In this document: positions 52,630 through 62,174 of the stretch, one piece after another | Numbering within the stretch: the stretch's first letter is position 1 | How the letters are laid out: the number at the start of each line of letters is the position of its first letter | Made by a program: the position numbers and the translations under genes | Source: Candidatus Eiseniibacteriota bacterium | Lineage (GTDB): Bacteria; Eisenbacteria; RBG-16-71-46; CAVPCR01 | Direction of reading: 5' to 3' | Assembly (NCBI GenBank): GCA_963823555.1 | Contig: CAWGMA010000001.1 | Span: 1,888,001 to 1,952,000, forward strand | Length of the DNA stretch: 64,000 nt | The notes under the pieces: generated by a model | What the model was told of the DNA's origin: nothing | Seen by the model: only the letters and a program-made list of their open reading frames with translations | Databases searched by the model: none

Positions 52630-53286
52630 TCACATGAATCCGCGGCTCTTCAGGCTCACGTACGTGCCACGGCCGATGATGAGGTGATCGAGCACCGCAA
52701 TACCGAGCAGATCGCCCGCTTCGACGAGGCGGCGCGTCAGCGCGAGATCGTCCGTGGACGGTTCGGGATCTCCCGATGGGTGGTTATGGACGACGATCAG
52801 GCTCGCCGCCCGCCGGTCGATGGCCGGTCCGAAGACCTCCCGGGGATGAACGATCGAGGCGCTCAAGCTCCCCACCGAGATCGTCTCGCGAGCCAGGACG
52901 CGGTTACGCGCATCGAGATAGAAGGCGACAAAGTGCTCTTGCCGCACCAGCTCGAGATCGCGCGCCACGGCATGGACATCCTGGGCCTGGGAAAGGGTGC
53001 GCTGTCCTCCCTCGGGCCGGTACAGGCGGCGGCCGAGCTCGAAGCAAGCGCTCAGGACCGCGGCCTCCGCCGGCTTGACACCCGGCGTCGCCAGGAGGCC
53101 GGCGCAATCCCGCACCGCCAGCTCACTGAGATCCGCACATGACCCCAGAGCTCGCGCCAGTCTCCGGACCCGGATGCCGGGAGCGCCCCGTCCGAGGAGG
53201 AGCGCAACGAGCTCCGCATCGGAGAGCGTGTGAGCCCCATCCTGGGCCAGGCGCTCTGCGAGCGCCGGTGCCGATCGGCCATTCAC
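52630..53286 (-). CDS. radC: RadC / JAB domain protein
   Basis: LSDAELVALLL, VHPREVF, HNHPSGDPEPS, LDHLIIG. Confidence 0.92.
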   Translation of the reverse strand: MNGRSAPALAERLAQDGAHTLSDAELVALLLGRGAPGIRVRRLARALGSCADLSELAVRDCAGLLATPGVKPAEAAVLSACFELGRRLYRPEGGQRTLSQAQDVHAVARDLELVRQEHFVAFYLDARNRVLARETISVGSLSASIVHPREVFGPAIDRRAASLIVVHNHPSGDPEPSTDDLALTRRLVEAGDLLGIAVLDHLIIGRGTYVSLKSRGFM

Positions 53287-53817
53287 GGGCGACGACCGTG
53301 CCGATCGGCCCAGCCGACACGAGGATGAACCAGGAACATGCGGGGGGGATGCGCGGGACGGTGTGGCGGTTGGTTCATGACGCGGCGGCCGACCCTCACG
53401 AGCCCGGGCGAAACCTCTCCTCTGTCGAGCGACGGGAAGGCCGCCTGCCCGCTCTCCTGCTCCAAACGATGAAGGCATGTCGTGCTCCGCCTTGCCAGCC
53501 TCCGCCGGGGGACCCCCGGCGGAGCAGACGGCGAGAACCTGTCATCCGCTCGGCGGGGGGCGCCCCGCGCATCCCCGGCCCCATCCACAGCGAAGGACGT
53601 GCCAGCCGAGGCCGGGTTGGATCCGCGTCGCGACGAGGACCGCGGCCCGGCGAGAAGACCGCCTCTGCCCGCAACTTGTCGGCGGCTACGACCTCGTGCG
53701 GCCCGGCGCCGCGAGGTGGCAGCCGCCATCGCCAGGCGACGCCCTGTCGCCGCCGTGGCCTATGGAGGACACGGCGGCGGCAGGGCGCGGCGGGACGCGC
53801 CCCGGACCCGGAGCCGT

Positions 53818-53846
53818 TTGACCCCCTCTCACTCGCCTCCTATAAT
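53818..53846 (+). promoter_or_regulatory. Sigma-70 promoter of the M6-like/OMP gene pair
   Basis: TTGACC-N17-TATAAT. Confidence 0.75.
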
Positions 53847-54005
53847 CCCCCGCTCGCACCAGGGCCGGAACCTGCGCTCTCCGGCCCGGGTACAGGCTCG
53901 CGAGCGTGGCTTGCGGGAGCGTCACGAGATCGTCCGGCTCCACGCAGTCCGGGCTCTTGGACCGGTACCGCACCTTCCCACCCCTGGCCGGAGACCGATC
54001 TGCGG

Positions 54006-57000
54006 ATGAGACTGCCTTCGTCGCCCACTCAGGCGCGTGACAGCCACGCCTCCATCCCGGCGATTCTCGTTCTCATCTTCTCGACTGGACTGGGTTCGGC
54101 CACTCAGGCGGGCATCGCGGCGGCAAATCCGGACCCCGCGCCGACGCTCAGACTGCGAGTCCATGCTCCATCGGATCGGGATCTCCTGGGCGCAGCGGCC
54201 CGCCTGCGCCAGGAACGGACCGCGCGCCGCGCCCTGTCACCCACCGCCCCAGAATCGCTATCGATCGCCGCCATCCGCGTTGACTTCGTGCGCGACTCGG
54301 ACCCCGGGACAACGGGTGACGGCAAGTTCGATCTCTCGAACCCGGGGGGCAACGGCCTCGACCGGCCGCCGCACGATCGCGACTACTTCGAGCGCCAGCT
54401 GCTTGCCCTCGAGAACTACTGGCGCACCGTCTCCGGCGGCCGGCTCGAGCTGGTCACCACCGTCTTTCCAGAGGAAGCGGCGGCAGCGTTCACGCTCCCC
54501 CACCCCATGGCCTTCTACAACCCCGACACGACAGCGGCCGCCAAGGAAGTGCGCCTCGCCGAGTTCTTCCGCGACGCCGTCCTCGCCGGGGATCCCGGCG
54601 TCGAGTTCGCCGCGTTCGACGCCGTCGTCATCTTCCACGCCGGTGTCGGACAGGATCTTGTGCTCGACGACTCGACACCCAACGACCTTCCTTCCGCCTT
54701 CTTGAGCTTTCGCGAGCTCAAGACCGCCCTGGCCCCCGACGATCCCGACTTCGCCGGGATCCCGGTCGACGGCGGGATGTTCTTCGTGCGCGATGGGATG
54801 TGGGCCCCCGAGACCGAGGTGCAGGAGCTGCCGGCTCCCATCGGCACCATCGAATTCTCCCTCCACGGCGTCGTCGCCAGCCTCTTCGGCAGCCAGCTCG
54901 GCCTGCCGAGCCTCTTCAATACCGAGTCCGGAGCACCCGGCATCGGCCGCTTCGGGCTCATGGATCAAGGCGCCGGCAACGAACTCGGGAAGCTCCCCGC
55001 CGCGCCGTGCGCCTGGTCCCGGTTCTTTCTCGGATTCACCGATCCCGTGGTCCTCCGCCAGGGCACCGATGTCCGCCTCCACGCCTCGCTTCTCGGTCCG
55101 ATCGAAGACCCGGTCTTCATACCGGATCTGGCCCTCCTCCCCATCGACTCACGCGAGTACTACCTGATCGAGAACCGGCAGCAAGAGCTCGACGGTGAGC
55201 CGGGCTTCGCGCTCATCGACAGTCTGGGCACGGTGATCGGCGTTGCCGGAAAGGAATATGACGCAGCGATCCCCGGCTCCGGGCTCCTGATCTGGCACAT
55301 CGACGAGGACGCGATCCGAGCCGGAATCGATCGCAACACAGTCAACAACGACTACGCGCGGCGCGGTGTCGATCTCGAGGAAGCCGACGGGACGCAGGAC
55401 ATCGGGCTCCGGGCCGACGGCGGGTTCGGCCGCCCGGAGGACTGCTATCGGGCGGGCAACGCCACCCGCTTTGCGGCGGACACCTCCCCCTCCTCACTCA
55501 CCAATTGGGGTGCCTCGACGCATATTGCGGTCGAGAACGTGGGCGAGAGCGCGGTCATCATGGGCTTCGATGTCGGAGTCGATATCGCTCAACCAGGGTT
55601 CCCGGACTCGACCTTCGCCGCCGGCGGCCTCGATCACGTCTCGCTCACCAGCGGCGACATCGACGATCTGGACGACAACCGCAGGGAGATCGCCTTCGTC
55701 ACCCCCGGGGGCCAGCTCGTCGCGCTCACCTCCGAAGCGATCCCCCTGTTCCCGCCGGTCGCCCTCGGGGACTCAGCGGCCGGGACCCCGCCTTTCCTCG
55801 CCGACCTCGATCCCGCCCTTCTCGGCCTCGAGATCGCCGTCGCCACCAAGCGCGGCATCCGGGTCCTGGCGGCGGACGGAAGCGCCGCGGGCACCGCGAT
55901 GTGGTCCCGCGATCTTGTCTCCGCGCCGCACGGCGGTCCGCTCGCCGTGGATGTGGGCGGCGAGCTCGCCCTGGCGGCGCTGGACCGGGACGGTCGCCTC
56001 CATTTATGGCGTCAGGACGTGACTATTCCCGGATTCCCCTTGGCTGCCGGAGTCGCTCCGCGGTCCAATCTCGCCCTGATCGACTCGACCCTGCTGTTTG
56101 CGGCTGGAGATGAACTCCTGTGGGTGACACCGGGCGCGGCGGGCACGCCCGAGGTCCGCCGGGCCCCGGCGCCGGGAACCGGCCGGCTGTGGCTTCTCCC
56201 CGGGAGCTTCACCCGGGAGGCGGCGGAACCGACCCTGGCGCTGGCGAGCGAAACCGAGGGCCAGGTGTGGCTACTCGACTGGGAGGGTCGGGGGCTCCCC
56301 GGCTGGCCGCGCCCCACCGGGGAGCGTCACGCGGGTCCGCCGGCCGCAGCGGATCTCGATGCCGATGGGGAGCTGGACTTCGTGATTGGTGGCGAAGGCC
56401 GGGTCTGGGCCCTGAGCGGGAGCGGGGCCGCTGTTCCCGGCTGGCCCGCCGAGCTCCGCCGCGGGAGCCAGGGGCCGGCGCTCACCGGGTCGCCGGTAAT
56501 CGGCGATGCCGATGCCGACGGCCGGCTGGACATCATCGTCGGAGCGCCGGAGGGTGGTCTTCATGCCTTCGCCGCCGATGGGAGCCCGCTTTTCGGGTTC
56601 CCCCTGCCCGCTGGAGACGCCAATCTGGGGAGCCCGATCCTCGCCGAGCTGGATGGCGATGGCCGCATCGAGATCGCCACCGCCGCGGCCGACGGCTGGC
56701 TCCACGCCTTCGAGCTTCCCGGACTCGGCGCCGACGTGGCCTGGCCCGGCTACGGCGGACCGGAAGGTGCCTTCACCGCCCAGGTCGCGCTGGGCCCCGC
56801 TCTGCCGCTCGCGAGCATCCTCCCCGACGACTCGATCACGATCTACCCGAACCCCTCATCGGGGCCGGTCCACATTCGCTTTCGCTCCGCAGCCGGTACC
56901 GCTGTGAGCATTTCCGTGATGGATGCCCTCGGCCGCCCGGTCCGCCACCTGACGGCCGCCGCCGGCGGCCTCGGTGAGATCCTCTGGGATGGAAGGGATG

Positions 57001-57104
57001 AAGATGGGGACCGCGCCCCGAGCGGGATCTATGTGTGTCACATCGCAGCGACCAACGGAGGAGAATCGATCGCCCATCTGCGCTCGATCGCCATCACCCG
57101 CTAG
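54006..57104 (+). CDS. Secreted immune inhibitor A (M6)-like protein with FG-GAP repeats and a T9SS/FlgD-type C-terminal domain; zinc motif degenerate
   Basis: VIFHAG, LGLPSL, FGLMD, PCAWSR, EYYLIENRQ, GLLIWHID, VDLEEADG; DLDADG repeats; IYPNP...WDGRDEDG...SGIY. The ORF-track 5' extension lies upstream of the promoter. Confidence 0.8.
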   Translation: MRLPSSPTQARDSHASIPAILVLIFSTGLGSATQAGIAAANPDPAPTLRLRVHAPSDRDLLGAAARLRQERTARRALSPTAPESLSIAAIRVDFVRDSDPGTTGDGKFDLSNPGGNGLDRPPHDRDYFERQLLALENYWRTVSGGRLELVTTVFPEEAAAAFTLPHPMAFYNPDTTAAAKEVRLAEFFRDAVLAGDPGVEFAAFDAVVIFHAGVGQDLVLDDSTPNDLPSAFLSFRELKTALAPDDPDFAGIPVDGGMFFVRDGMWAPETEVQELPAPIGTIEFSLHGVVASLFGSQLGLPSLFNTESGAPGIGRFGLMDQGAGNELGKLPAAPCAWSRFFLGFTDPVVLRQGTDVRLHASLLGPIEDPVFIPDLALLPIDSREYYLIENRQQELDGEPGFALIDSLGTVIGVAGKEYDAAIPGSGLLIWHIDEDAIRAGIDRNTVNNDYARRGVDLEEADGTQDIGLRADGGFGRPEDCYRAGNATRFAADTSPSSLTNWGASTHIAVENVGESAVIMGFDVGVDIAQPGFPDSTFAAGGLDHVSLTSGDIDDLDDNRREIAFVTPGGQLVALTSEAIPLFPPVALGDSAAGTPPFLADLDPALLGLEIAVATKRGIRVLAADGSAAGTAMWSRDLVSAPHGGPLAVDVGGELALAALDRDGRLHLWRQDVTIPGFPLAAGVAPRSNLALIDSTLLFAAGDELLWVTPGAAGTPEVRRAPAPGTGRLWLLPGSFTREAAEPTLALASETEGQVWLLDWEGRGLPGWPRPTGERHAGPPAAADLDADGELDFVIGGEGRVWALSGSGAAVPGWPAELRRGSQGPALTGSPVIGDADADGRLDIIVGAPEGGLHAFAADGSPLFGFPLPAGDANLGSPILAELDGDGRIEIATAAADGWLHAFELPGLGADVAWPGYGGPEGAFTAQVALGPALPLASILPDDSITIYPNPSSGPVHIRFRSAAGTAVSISVMDALGRPVRHLTAAAGGLGEILWDGRDEDGDRAPSGIYVCHIAATNGGESIAHLRSIAITR

Positions 57105-57140
57105 GCGACGCCTCGCCGTCACCTGGCCAGCGAAAGCCCA

Positions 57141-60100
57141 ATGATCCGTCTTCGACCCAATCTGCTGATCCTCTGCGCATTATCCATCCTGGTGGTGGCG
57201 GGCCGCGCCCATGCCGGCAACCGCTCGGATCTCGAGTGGCAGACCCTCGAAACCGACCACTTCCAGGTTCATTTCCATCAGGGAACGGAAGGCACGGCGC
57301 GGCGCGCCGCCGCCATCGCCGAGGAGATCTACCCCGCGATCACCGGCCTCTACAACTACGAGCCCAAACAGCTCACGCACCTCATCATCCTCGACACCGA
57401 CGACTACGCCAACGGGGCGGCCTTCTACTACGACGACAAGATCGAGATCTGGGCCACGGCCCTCGAGTTCGAACTCCGGGGGACGCACACCTGGCTGCGG
57501 GACGTGATCACTCACGAGTACACCCATATCATCTCGCTGCAGGCCGCCCAGCGCATGCCGCACTTCATGCCTTCGGTCTACCTGCAGGGGTTCGGCTACG
57601 AGGAAGAGAAACGCCAGGACGTCCTCATCGGCTATCCCAATATCATCTACTCCTATCCATGGCCGGGGACGATGATGGCGGCCTGGTTCGCGGAAGGGGT
57701 CTCCCAGTACCAGACGCGCAGCGTCTACAACGACTGGTGGGACACACATCGCGACATGCTCCTGCGCATGGCCGCGCTCGACGGCACGCTCCTGACCTAC
57801 GACCAGATGGGCGGATTCGGCGGCACCGGGCTCGAATCCGAGATGATCTACAACCAGGGCCACTCGCTCGTCCGCTTCATCGCCGACCGCTATGGCGAAG
57901 AGGCCCTCGAGGAGATCACGGCGGGTCTCAAGTCGATCTGGCGTCTCGACATGGATGGAGCATTCAAGTCGGCCACCGGCAAGGACGGCGGCGAGCTCTA
58001 CGCGGAGTGGAAGGAGGCGATCACCGCCGACTACCAGCGACTGGCGACGGAGATGGCCCCCCGGAGCATCGAAGGAACAACCGTCTCCGACGGCGGCTAC
58101 CTGAACCTCTATCCGGCGTGGCAGCCGGAGACCGCAGCCCTCTACTGGGCCTCGAACCGGGGCCGGGACTACGGTCAGCTGACCCTGGTCAAGCTCGAGG
58201 CCGGAGCGCTCCGGATGGCCCAGGGCGATGACGGTGGGGCCACACCCGGTGAGCCCAATCGAAGCGACACCCCCGAGCCGGTCGCGAGCGGCATCTCGAC
58301 GCCCCTCGCCATGAGCGCAGACGGCAAGCTCGCGTTCTATTCGAAGCGGACCGACGAGAACCCGCATGGATCGCGGGTCAACGATATCTATGTCCTCGAT
58401 ACCGCCAAGGACAAGGAAGACCGCTTGACCAAGAGCCTGCGCGCCAAGGATCCGGCCATCTCCCCCGACGGCAGGCACATTGCCGCCATCGTGAACGGCG
58501 ACGGCACCAACCAGGTTGTCATCCTCGATCGCGGGGGCCAGCTCTTGCGCACACTCACCCAGAGCGCGCACGGCACTCAGTACTACACGCCGCGCTGGTC
58601 GCCGGACGGGACCTCGCTTCTCCTCTGCACCTTCCGCGGTCTGTCACGTGACATATTGCTGATGGACGCGGAAACCGGCGCCGAGCAGATGCTGGTGGAG
58701 ACGCCGGCCGATGAGCGGGATCCGTGCTACATCCCGGGAGAGAACGCCATCCTCTACGCGTCGGACCGGACCGGCATCTTCAATATCTACCGCCGCGATC
58801 TGGCCAGCGGAGCGGTCACCCAGGTCACCAACCTGATCGGCGGCGCCTTCTATCCGGCCGTCTCCGCCGACGGAACGCTCGCCATGAGCGCGTTCACCGG
58901 ACCCGGCTACGAAGTGCGGGTCCTGCCCCGCGCGGAGTGGGGTCAGGACGTCGTCCCCGACACGCCTTCCGACCCGCGCGGCGACTACCGCCTGGCGACC
59001 GCCGGTCCCACGGCGCTCCGCTTCGACCAGATGGATGGCGGCTTCAGCGGCGAGGCGACCCGCTACGACCTGAGCTATCCGGTCACCCATTTCATGCCGC
59101 GCCTCATCCTCGACAACGGCCGGCCCCGGCTCGGCTTCTACATGGCGTCCAACGAGATCCTCGACAAGCAGTCCTTCTATGCCGGCGGGGCGGTGGGGCG
59201 TCGATTCGGCGGTTTCGAGTTCGAGCTCTCCGGCGGCTACGAGAACCGGCAGCTTCCAGTCACGGTCTTGCTCGATGCCTATCGTGTCCGGCGCCGGGAC
59301 GTGAATGTCGAGGAAGGCCAGATCGTGGCCGGCGCCGGGGTGCCGCATGGGGGAGAGATCAGGCCCATCAAGTTCGAGACCCGCTACGACCTGGTCGAGG
59401 CCGATGCCGGCCTCCGTTATGAATGGGGAGATCGCTACAGTCTGACCTACTGGAAGAACCTCACCGCCCTCTACACCTACCAGGACTACAACATCAACTT
59501 CTTCGCCACGGATGATATCGACGGGTCCTTCTACGGCAAGGATGGCTGGAGCTACTACAAGGGGCACATCGCCAGCACCCAGTTCGACTACCGCAAGGTG
59601 GAGCGAGCCATGGACTCGGATGTGAATCCGCGCGGCGGGCGCACTGTCATGGCCCGTGCCGCCTACACCTGGGCGGGACTCAATCCATCCGGTGTGCGCA
59701 GTATCGAGGACTTCCAGCCGGTCTACGAGGACAACGACTTCGGCGAGATCGAGTTCGACTGGCGCGAGCATGTCGGGATGCCGTGGGGACGCCACACGCT
59801 CGAGTTGAGGGCCCGCGGCGGATTCATCCACAACACAGAGGTCGACGACTTCTTCCACTACGCGGTCGGCAGCCAGCCGGGGCTTCGCGGCTACACGTAC
59901 TTCTCGGCCCAGGGCCGGAAGCTCGGCATCGGAGGCGTCACCTACCGCTTCCCCATCATCCGCCGCCTTGACAAGCAGGTCTCGCCGCTCCTCGTGCATC
60001 GCATCTACGGCGGCGTGTTCTACGAGGCGGGGAATGTGTGGAACGACTCGGGGCTGGAGGGACTCTCGGTGGACCGCCTGCTCTCGGATGTCGGATTCGA

Positions 60101-60227
60101 GCTCCGGATCGACATGACATCCTTCTACAGCTATCCCGCGGCGTTCTACCTGGAGGGGGCGCGCGGGGTATCCGGTTATCTGGAGGAGCAATGGCGCTTC
60201 TACTCGGGCCTGCTCTTCAGCTTCTAG
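57141..60227 (+). CDS. Outer-membrane protein with gluzincin (HEYTH) domain, TolB-like PD40 propeller and C-terminal beta-barrel
   Basis: Signal peptide, ETDHFQVHF, VITHEYTHI...WFAEG, PAISPDG/PRWSPDG repeats, GLRGY, C-terminal Phe. Confidence 0.8.
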   Translation: MIRLRPNLLILCALSILVVAGRAHAGNRSDLEWQTLETDHFQVHFHQGTEGTARRAAAIAEEIYPAITGLYNYEPKQLTHLIILDTDDYANGAAFYYDDKIEIWATALEFELRGTHTWLRDVITHEYTHIISLQAAQRMPHFMPSVYLQGFGYEEEKRQDVLIGYPNIIYSYPWPGTMMAAWFAEGVSQYQTRSVYNDWWDTHRDMLLRMAALDGTLLTYDQMGGFGGTGLESEMIYNQGHSLVRFIADRYGEEALEEITAGLKSIWRLDMDGAFKSATGKDGGELYAEWKEAITADYQRLATEMAPRSIEGTTVSDGGYLNLYPAWQPETAALYWASNRGRDYGQLTLVKLEAGALRMAQGDDGGATPGEPNRSDTPEPVASGISTPLAMSADGKLAFYSKRTDENPHGSRVNDIYVLDTAKDKEDRLTKSLRAKDPAISPDGRHIAAIVNGDGTNQVVILDRGGQLLRTLTQSAHGTQYYTPRWSPDGTSLLLCTFRGLSRDILLMDAETGAEQMLVETPADERDPCYIPGENAILYASDRTGIFNIYRRDLASGAVTQVTNLIGGAFYPAVSADGTLAMSAFTGPGYEVRVLPRAEWGQDVVPDTPSDPRGDYRLATAGPTALRFDQMDGGFSGEATRYDLSYPVTHFMPRLILDNGRPRLGFYMASNEILDKQSFYAGGAVGRRFGGFEFELSGGYENRQLPVTVLLDAYRVRRRDVNVEEGQIVAGAGVPHGGEIRPIKFETRYDLVEADAGLRYEWGDRYSLTYWKNLTALYTYQDYNINFFATDDIDGSFYGKDGWSYYKGHIASTQFDYRKVERAMDSDVNPRGGRTVMARAAYTWAGLNPSGVRSIEDFQPVYEDNDFGEIEFDWREHVGMPWGRHTLELRARGGFIHNTEVDDFFHYAVGSQPGLRGYTYFSAQGRKLGIGGVTYRFPIIRRLDKQVSPLLVHRIYGGVFYEAGNVWNDSGLEGLSVDRLLSDVGFELRIDMTSFYSYPAAFYLEGARGVSGYLEEQWRFYSGLLFSF

Positions 60228-60249
60228 GTCTTCGCGGCGGGGACCGGTC

Positions 60250-60549
60250 CTAGACGTCCCCGAGCATGGACTCCGTGAGCCTGGGATCGGCGGCCGTGCT
60301 CACGCCCAGTGGGCTCAGACGGACGAGCGTGAAGCCTTCCGTGGTGGCGTGGATCGGAAACCCGCCCATGAGTTCGACGAGCTCTCGCTCGTGAAGGCCC
60401 AGGCAGGCCTCCTTGACCTCGTCGGGCCCGACCCCCAGGGCCGCCCGTAGGTCGGCCACTGAAATCCAGCCGCCCTGCTGGCCGCGCCCGCGGTCACTGA
60501 GGTAGCGAAGGACTCTTCTCGCCACGGTCTGCTGCGGCTTTCCGCTCAT
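60250..60549 (-). CDS. Small hypothetical protein, possibly winged helix
   Basis: ATG after GGGGAG; helix-helix-helix then wing-like pattern (VLRYL..SVADLRAALG..EVKEACLGLHERELVE..VRLSPLG). Confidence 0.55.
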   Translation of the reverse strand: MSGKPQQTVARRVLRYLSDRGRGQQGGWISVADLRAALGVGPDEVKEACLGLHERELVELMGGFPIHATTEGFTLVRLSPLGVSTAADPRLTESMLGDV

Positions 60550-60582
60550 GCCGTGTCTCCCCTGCTGCGAGATCCACCACCC

Positions 60583-60625
60583 AAAAAGGCCCGCCCCTCG
60601 GGATGCGATTCCAAGGGGCGGGGCC
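60583..60625 (-). terminator. Intrinsic terminator upstream of the small ORF
   Basis: GGCCCCGCCCCT...AGGGGCGGGCC followed by TTTTT. Confidence 0.75.
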
Positions 60626-60832
60626 GTGGCTCGGACTGCGAAGCTCGGGGCAACCGTCCTTGCCGACCCGGTTTCCCGGGCGCAGGCGTCGTAGCAGGCG
60701 CCTGCCGGCCACATGTGACCATGGGCCGGCCTGGGCGAGCCGAGCTGATATGTCTGTGCTGCCGTTGGGCACATGGCTGCAGATCCCAAGGGGATGCCCG
60801 CAGGATGCAAAAGCCCTGCCCCATCCAGGCAA
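60583..60832 (-). ncRNA. Candidate structured leader / riboswitch or sRNA of unknown class
   Basis: Bounded by a promoter and a terminator; five local hairpins plus a long-range AGCTCGG/CCGAGCT pairing. Confidence 0.45.
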
Positions 60833-60838
60833 TCGTGT

Positions 60839-60867
60839 AAACTAGCACGAATTCACTTTGGCGTCAA
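60839..60867 (-). promoter_or_regulatory. Sigma-70 promoter
   Basis: TTGACG-N17-TAGTTT with extended -10 TG. Confidence 0.7.
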
Positions 60868-60931
60868 CGTATCGCAGAGCGATGGCCAGAATGCTCGTGA
60901 CGGGCCGCTGGCGCAGGGGAGGCTCTGAAGC

Positions 60932-62161
60932 ATGAGTCCGATCGGGGCTGGGGATGGGGAAACGGCGCGCACAGCCGCGGATACGGCGGCGGCCGCAGGT
61001 CATGCGGTGGCAGGAGCCTCGGCGGTCACGGGATTGTGGACCTTCCCCACTCTCGTCTTCTCCGCGTTCGTGCTCGGGTGGGCGGCGGAAGCCGCTCAGT
61101 TCGTCTTCTCGCAAGGGCTCTCTCTCGCCATCCTGGCCTGGCTCCAGACCCTGCCCGAGTTCGCCGTCGAGGCGGTGATCGCCTGGGACCAGAACGTCCC
61201 GCTCATGACCGCCAACTTCACCGGCTCGCTGCGCCTGCTCGTCGGCCTCGGCTGGCCGCTCATCTTCGTCACGCGGGCCATCTTCGGCGTGAGGAAGATG
61301 GGATTGCGGGCCACCGTGATCCGGCTCGACGACGAGCATGCGGTGGAGGTTGTGGGACTCCTGGCCCCGATCGTCTATTTCGTCCTCATCTATCTCAAGG
61401 CGTCGCTCAACCTCATCGACGCAGCCATCTTGATCGGGATCTACTTCGCCTACCTCAAGATCCTCTCCCGGATTCCGCCCCAGGAGAGCGAGAGCGTGGA
61501 GGACATCCCGCGGGTTTCGCGCTGGGCCCTCAGCCTCCCTGGAAAGGGGAAGTTCTGCGCCATCTTCGGTCTGTTCGTGGCCGGCGGCGTCATCCTCTAC
61601 TTCGTCGCCCATCCCTTCTACGAATCGATGCTGACCATGGCCGTCTCTCTCGGGGTCTCCCAGTTCGTGTTCGTGCAATGGGTGGCCCCCTTCCTCTCCG
61701 AGTTCCCGGAGAAGGTCACGGCCTTCAACTGGGCCCGTACCGGCCGCAAGGCCCCGCTGGCGCTCATGAACATGGTCTCGTCCAACATCAACCAGTGGAC
61801 GGTCCTCGCCGCCATGATCCCCATCGTCTACTCGCTCTCGCGCGGGGAGCCCTCCTCCATCCCCTTCGATGCCCATCACCGGACCGAGATCCTGCTCACC
61901 ATCATCCAATCCTTCCTCGGCATGCTCCTTCTCGCCAATCTCGAGTTCCGCTGGTACGAGGCCATCGGCCTGTTCGCCCTGTGGGCCGCCCAGTTCGCCT
62001 TCCCCCACCTGCGCGAGGAGATCATCGTCGTCTATGCCATCTGGTGCGCGCTGGAGATCGTCCTGGCCCTGACGGGCAGGAAGCCGCTCCGCGCCTTCCC
62101 GGTCTTCATGCAACTGTGGCGAACCCATGGTCGAGCCAGCACCGGGACCAGGAGGCGCTAG
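60932..62161 (+). CDS. Ca2+/cation antiporter (CaCA/Na_Ca_ex) family protein
   Basis: Alpha repeats TLPEFAVE and LSEFPE; ANFTGS; VSSNINQWT; about 10 TMs. Confidence 0.8.
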   Translation: MSPIGAGDGETARTAADTAAAAGHAVAGASAVTGLWTFPTLVFSAFVLGWAAEAAQFVFSQGLSLAILAWLQTLPEFAVEAVIAWDQNVPLMTANFTGSLRLLVGLGWPLIFVTRAIFGVRKMGLRATVIRLDDEHAVEVVGLLAPIVYFVLIYLKASLNLIDAAILIGIYFAYLKILSRIPPQESESVEDIPRVSRWALSLPGKGKFCAIFGLFVAGGVILYFVAHPFYESMLTMAVSLGVSQFVFVQWVAPFLSEFPEKVTAFNWARTGRKAPLALMNMVSSNINQWTVLAAMIPIVYSLSRGEPSSIPFDAHHRTEILLTIIQSFLGMLLLANLEFRWYEAIGLFALWAAQFAFPHLREEIIVVYAIWCALEIVLALTGRKPLRAFPVFMQLWRTHGRASTGTRRR

Positions 62162-62174
62162 AGGCGACCGGCGA

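Noticed and set aside
52630..53286. radC as a marker of a mobile element
   Set aside because: Chromosomal-type RadC with N-terminal helical region; no integrase, att sites or flanking repeats seen
53139..54005. 289-aa N-terminal extension of the M6-like ORF
   Set aside because: Arg/Pro-rich junk translation that overlaps radC and spans the promoter; the signal peptide follows ATG 54006
60690..60735. HDV-like ribozyme (GGCCGGC..ATGGTC similarity)
   Set aside because: No P2/P3 nested pseudoknot or conserved L3; a simple hairpin explains it
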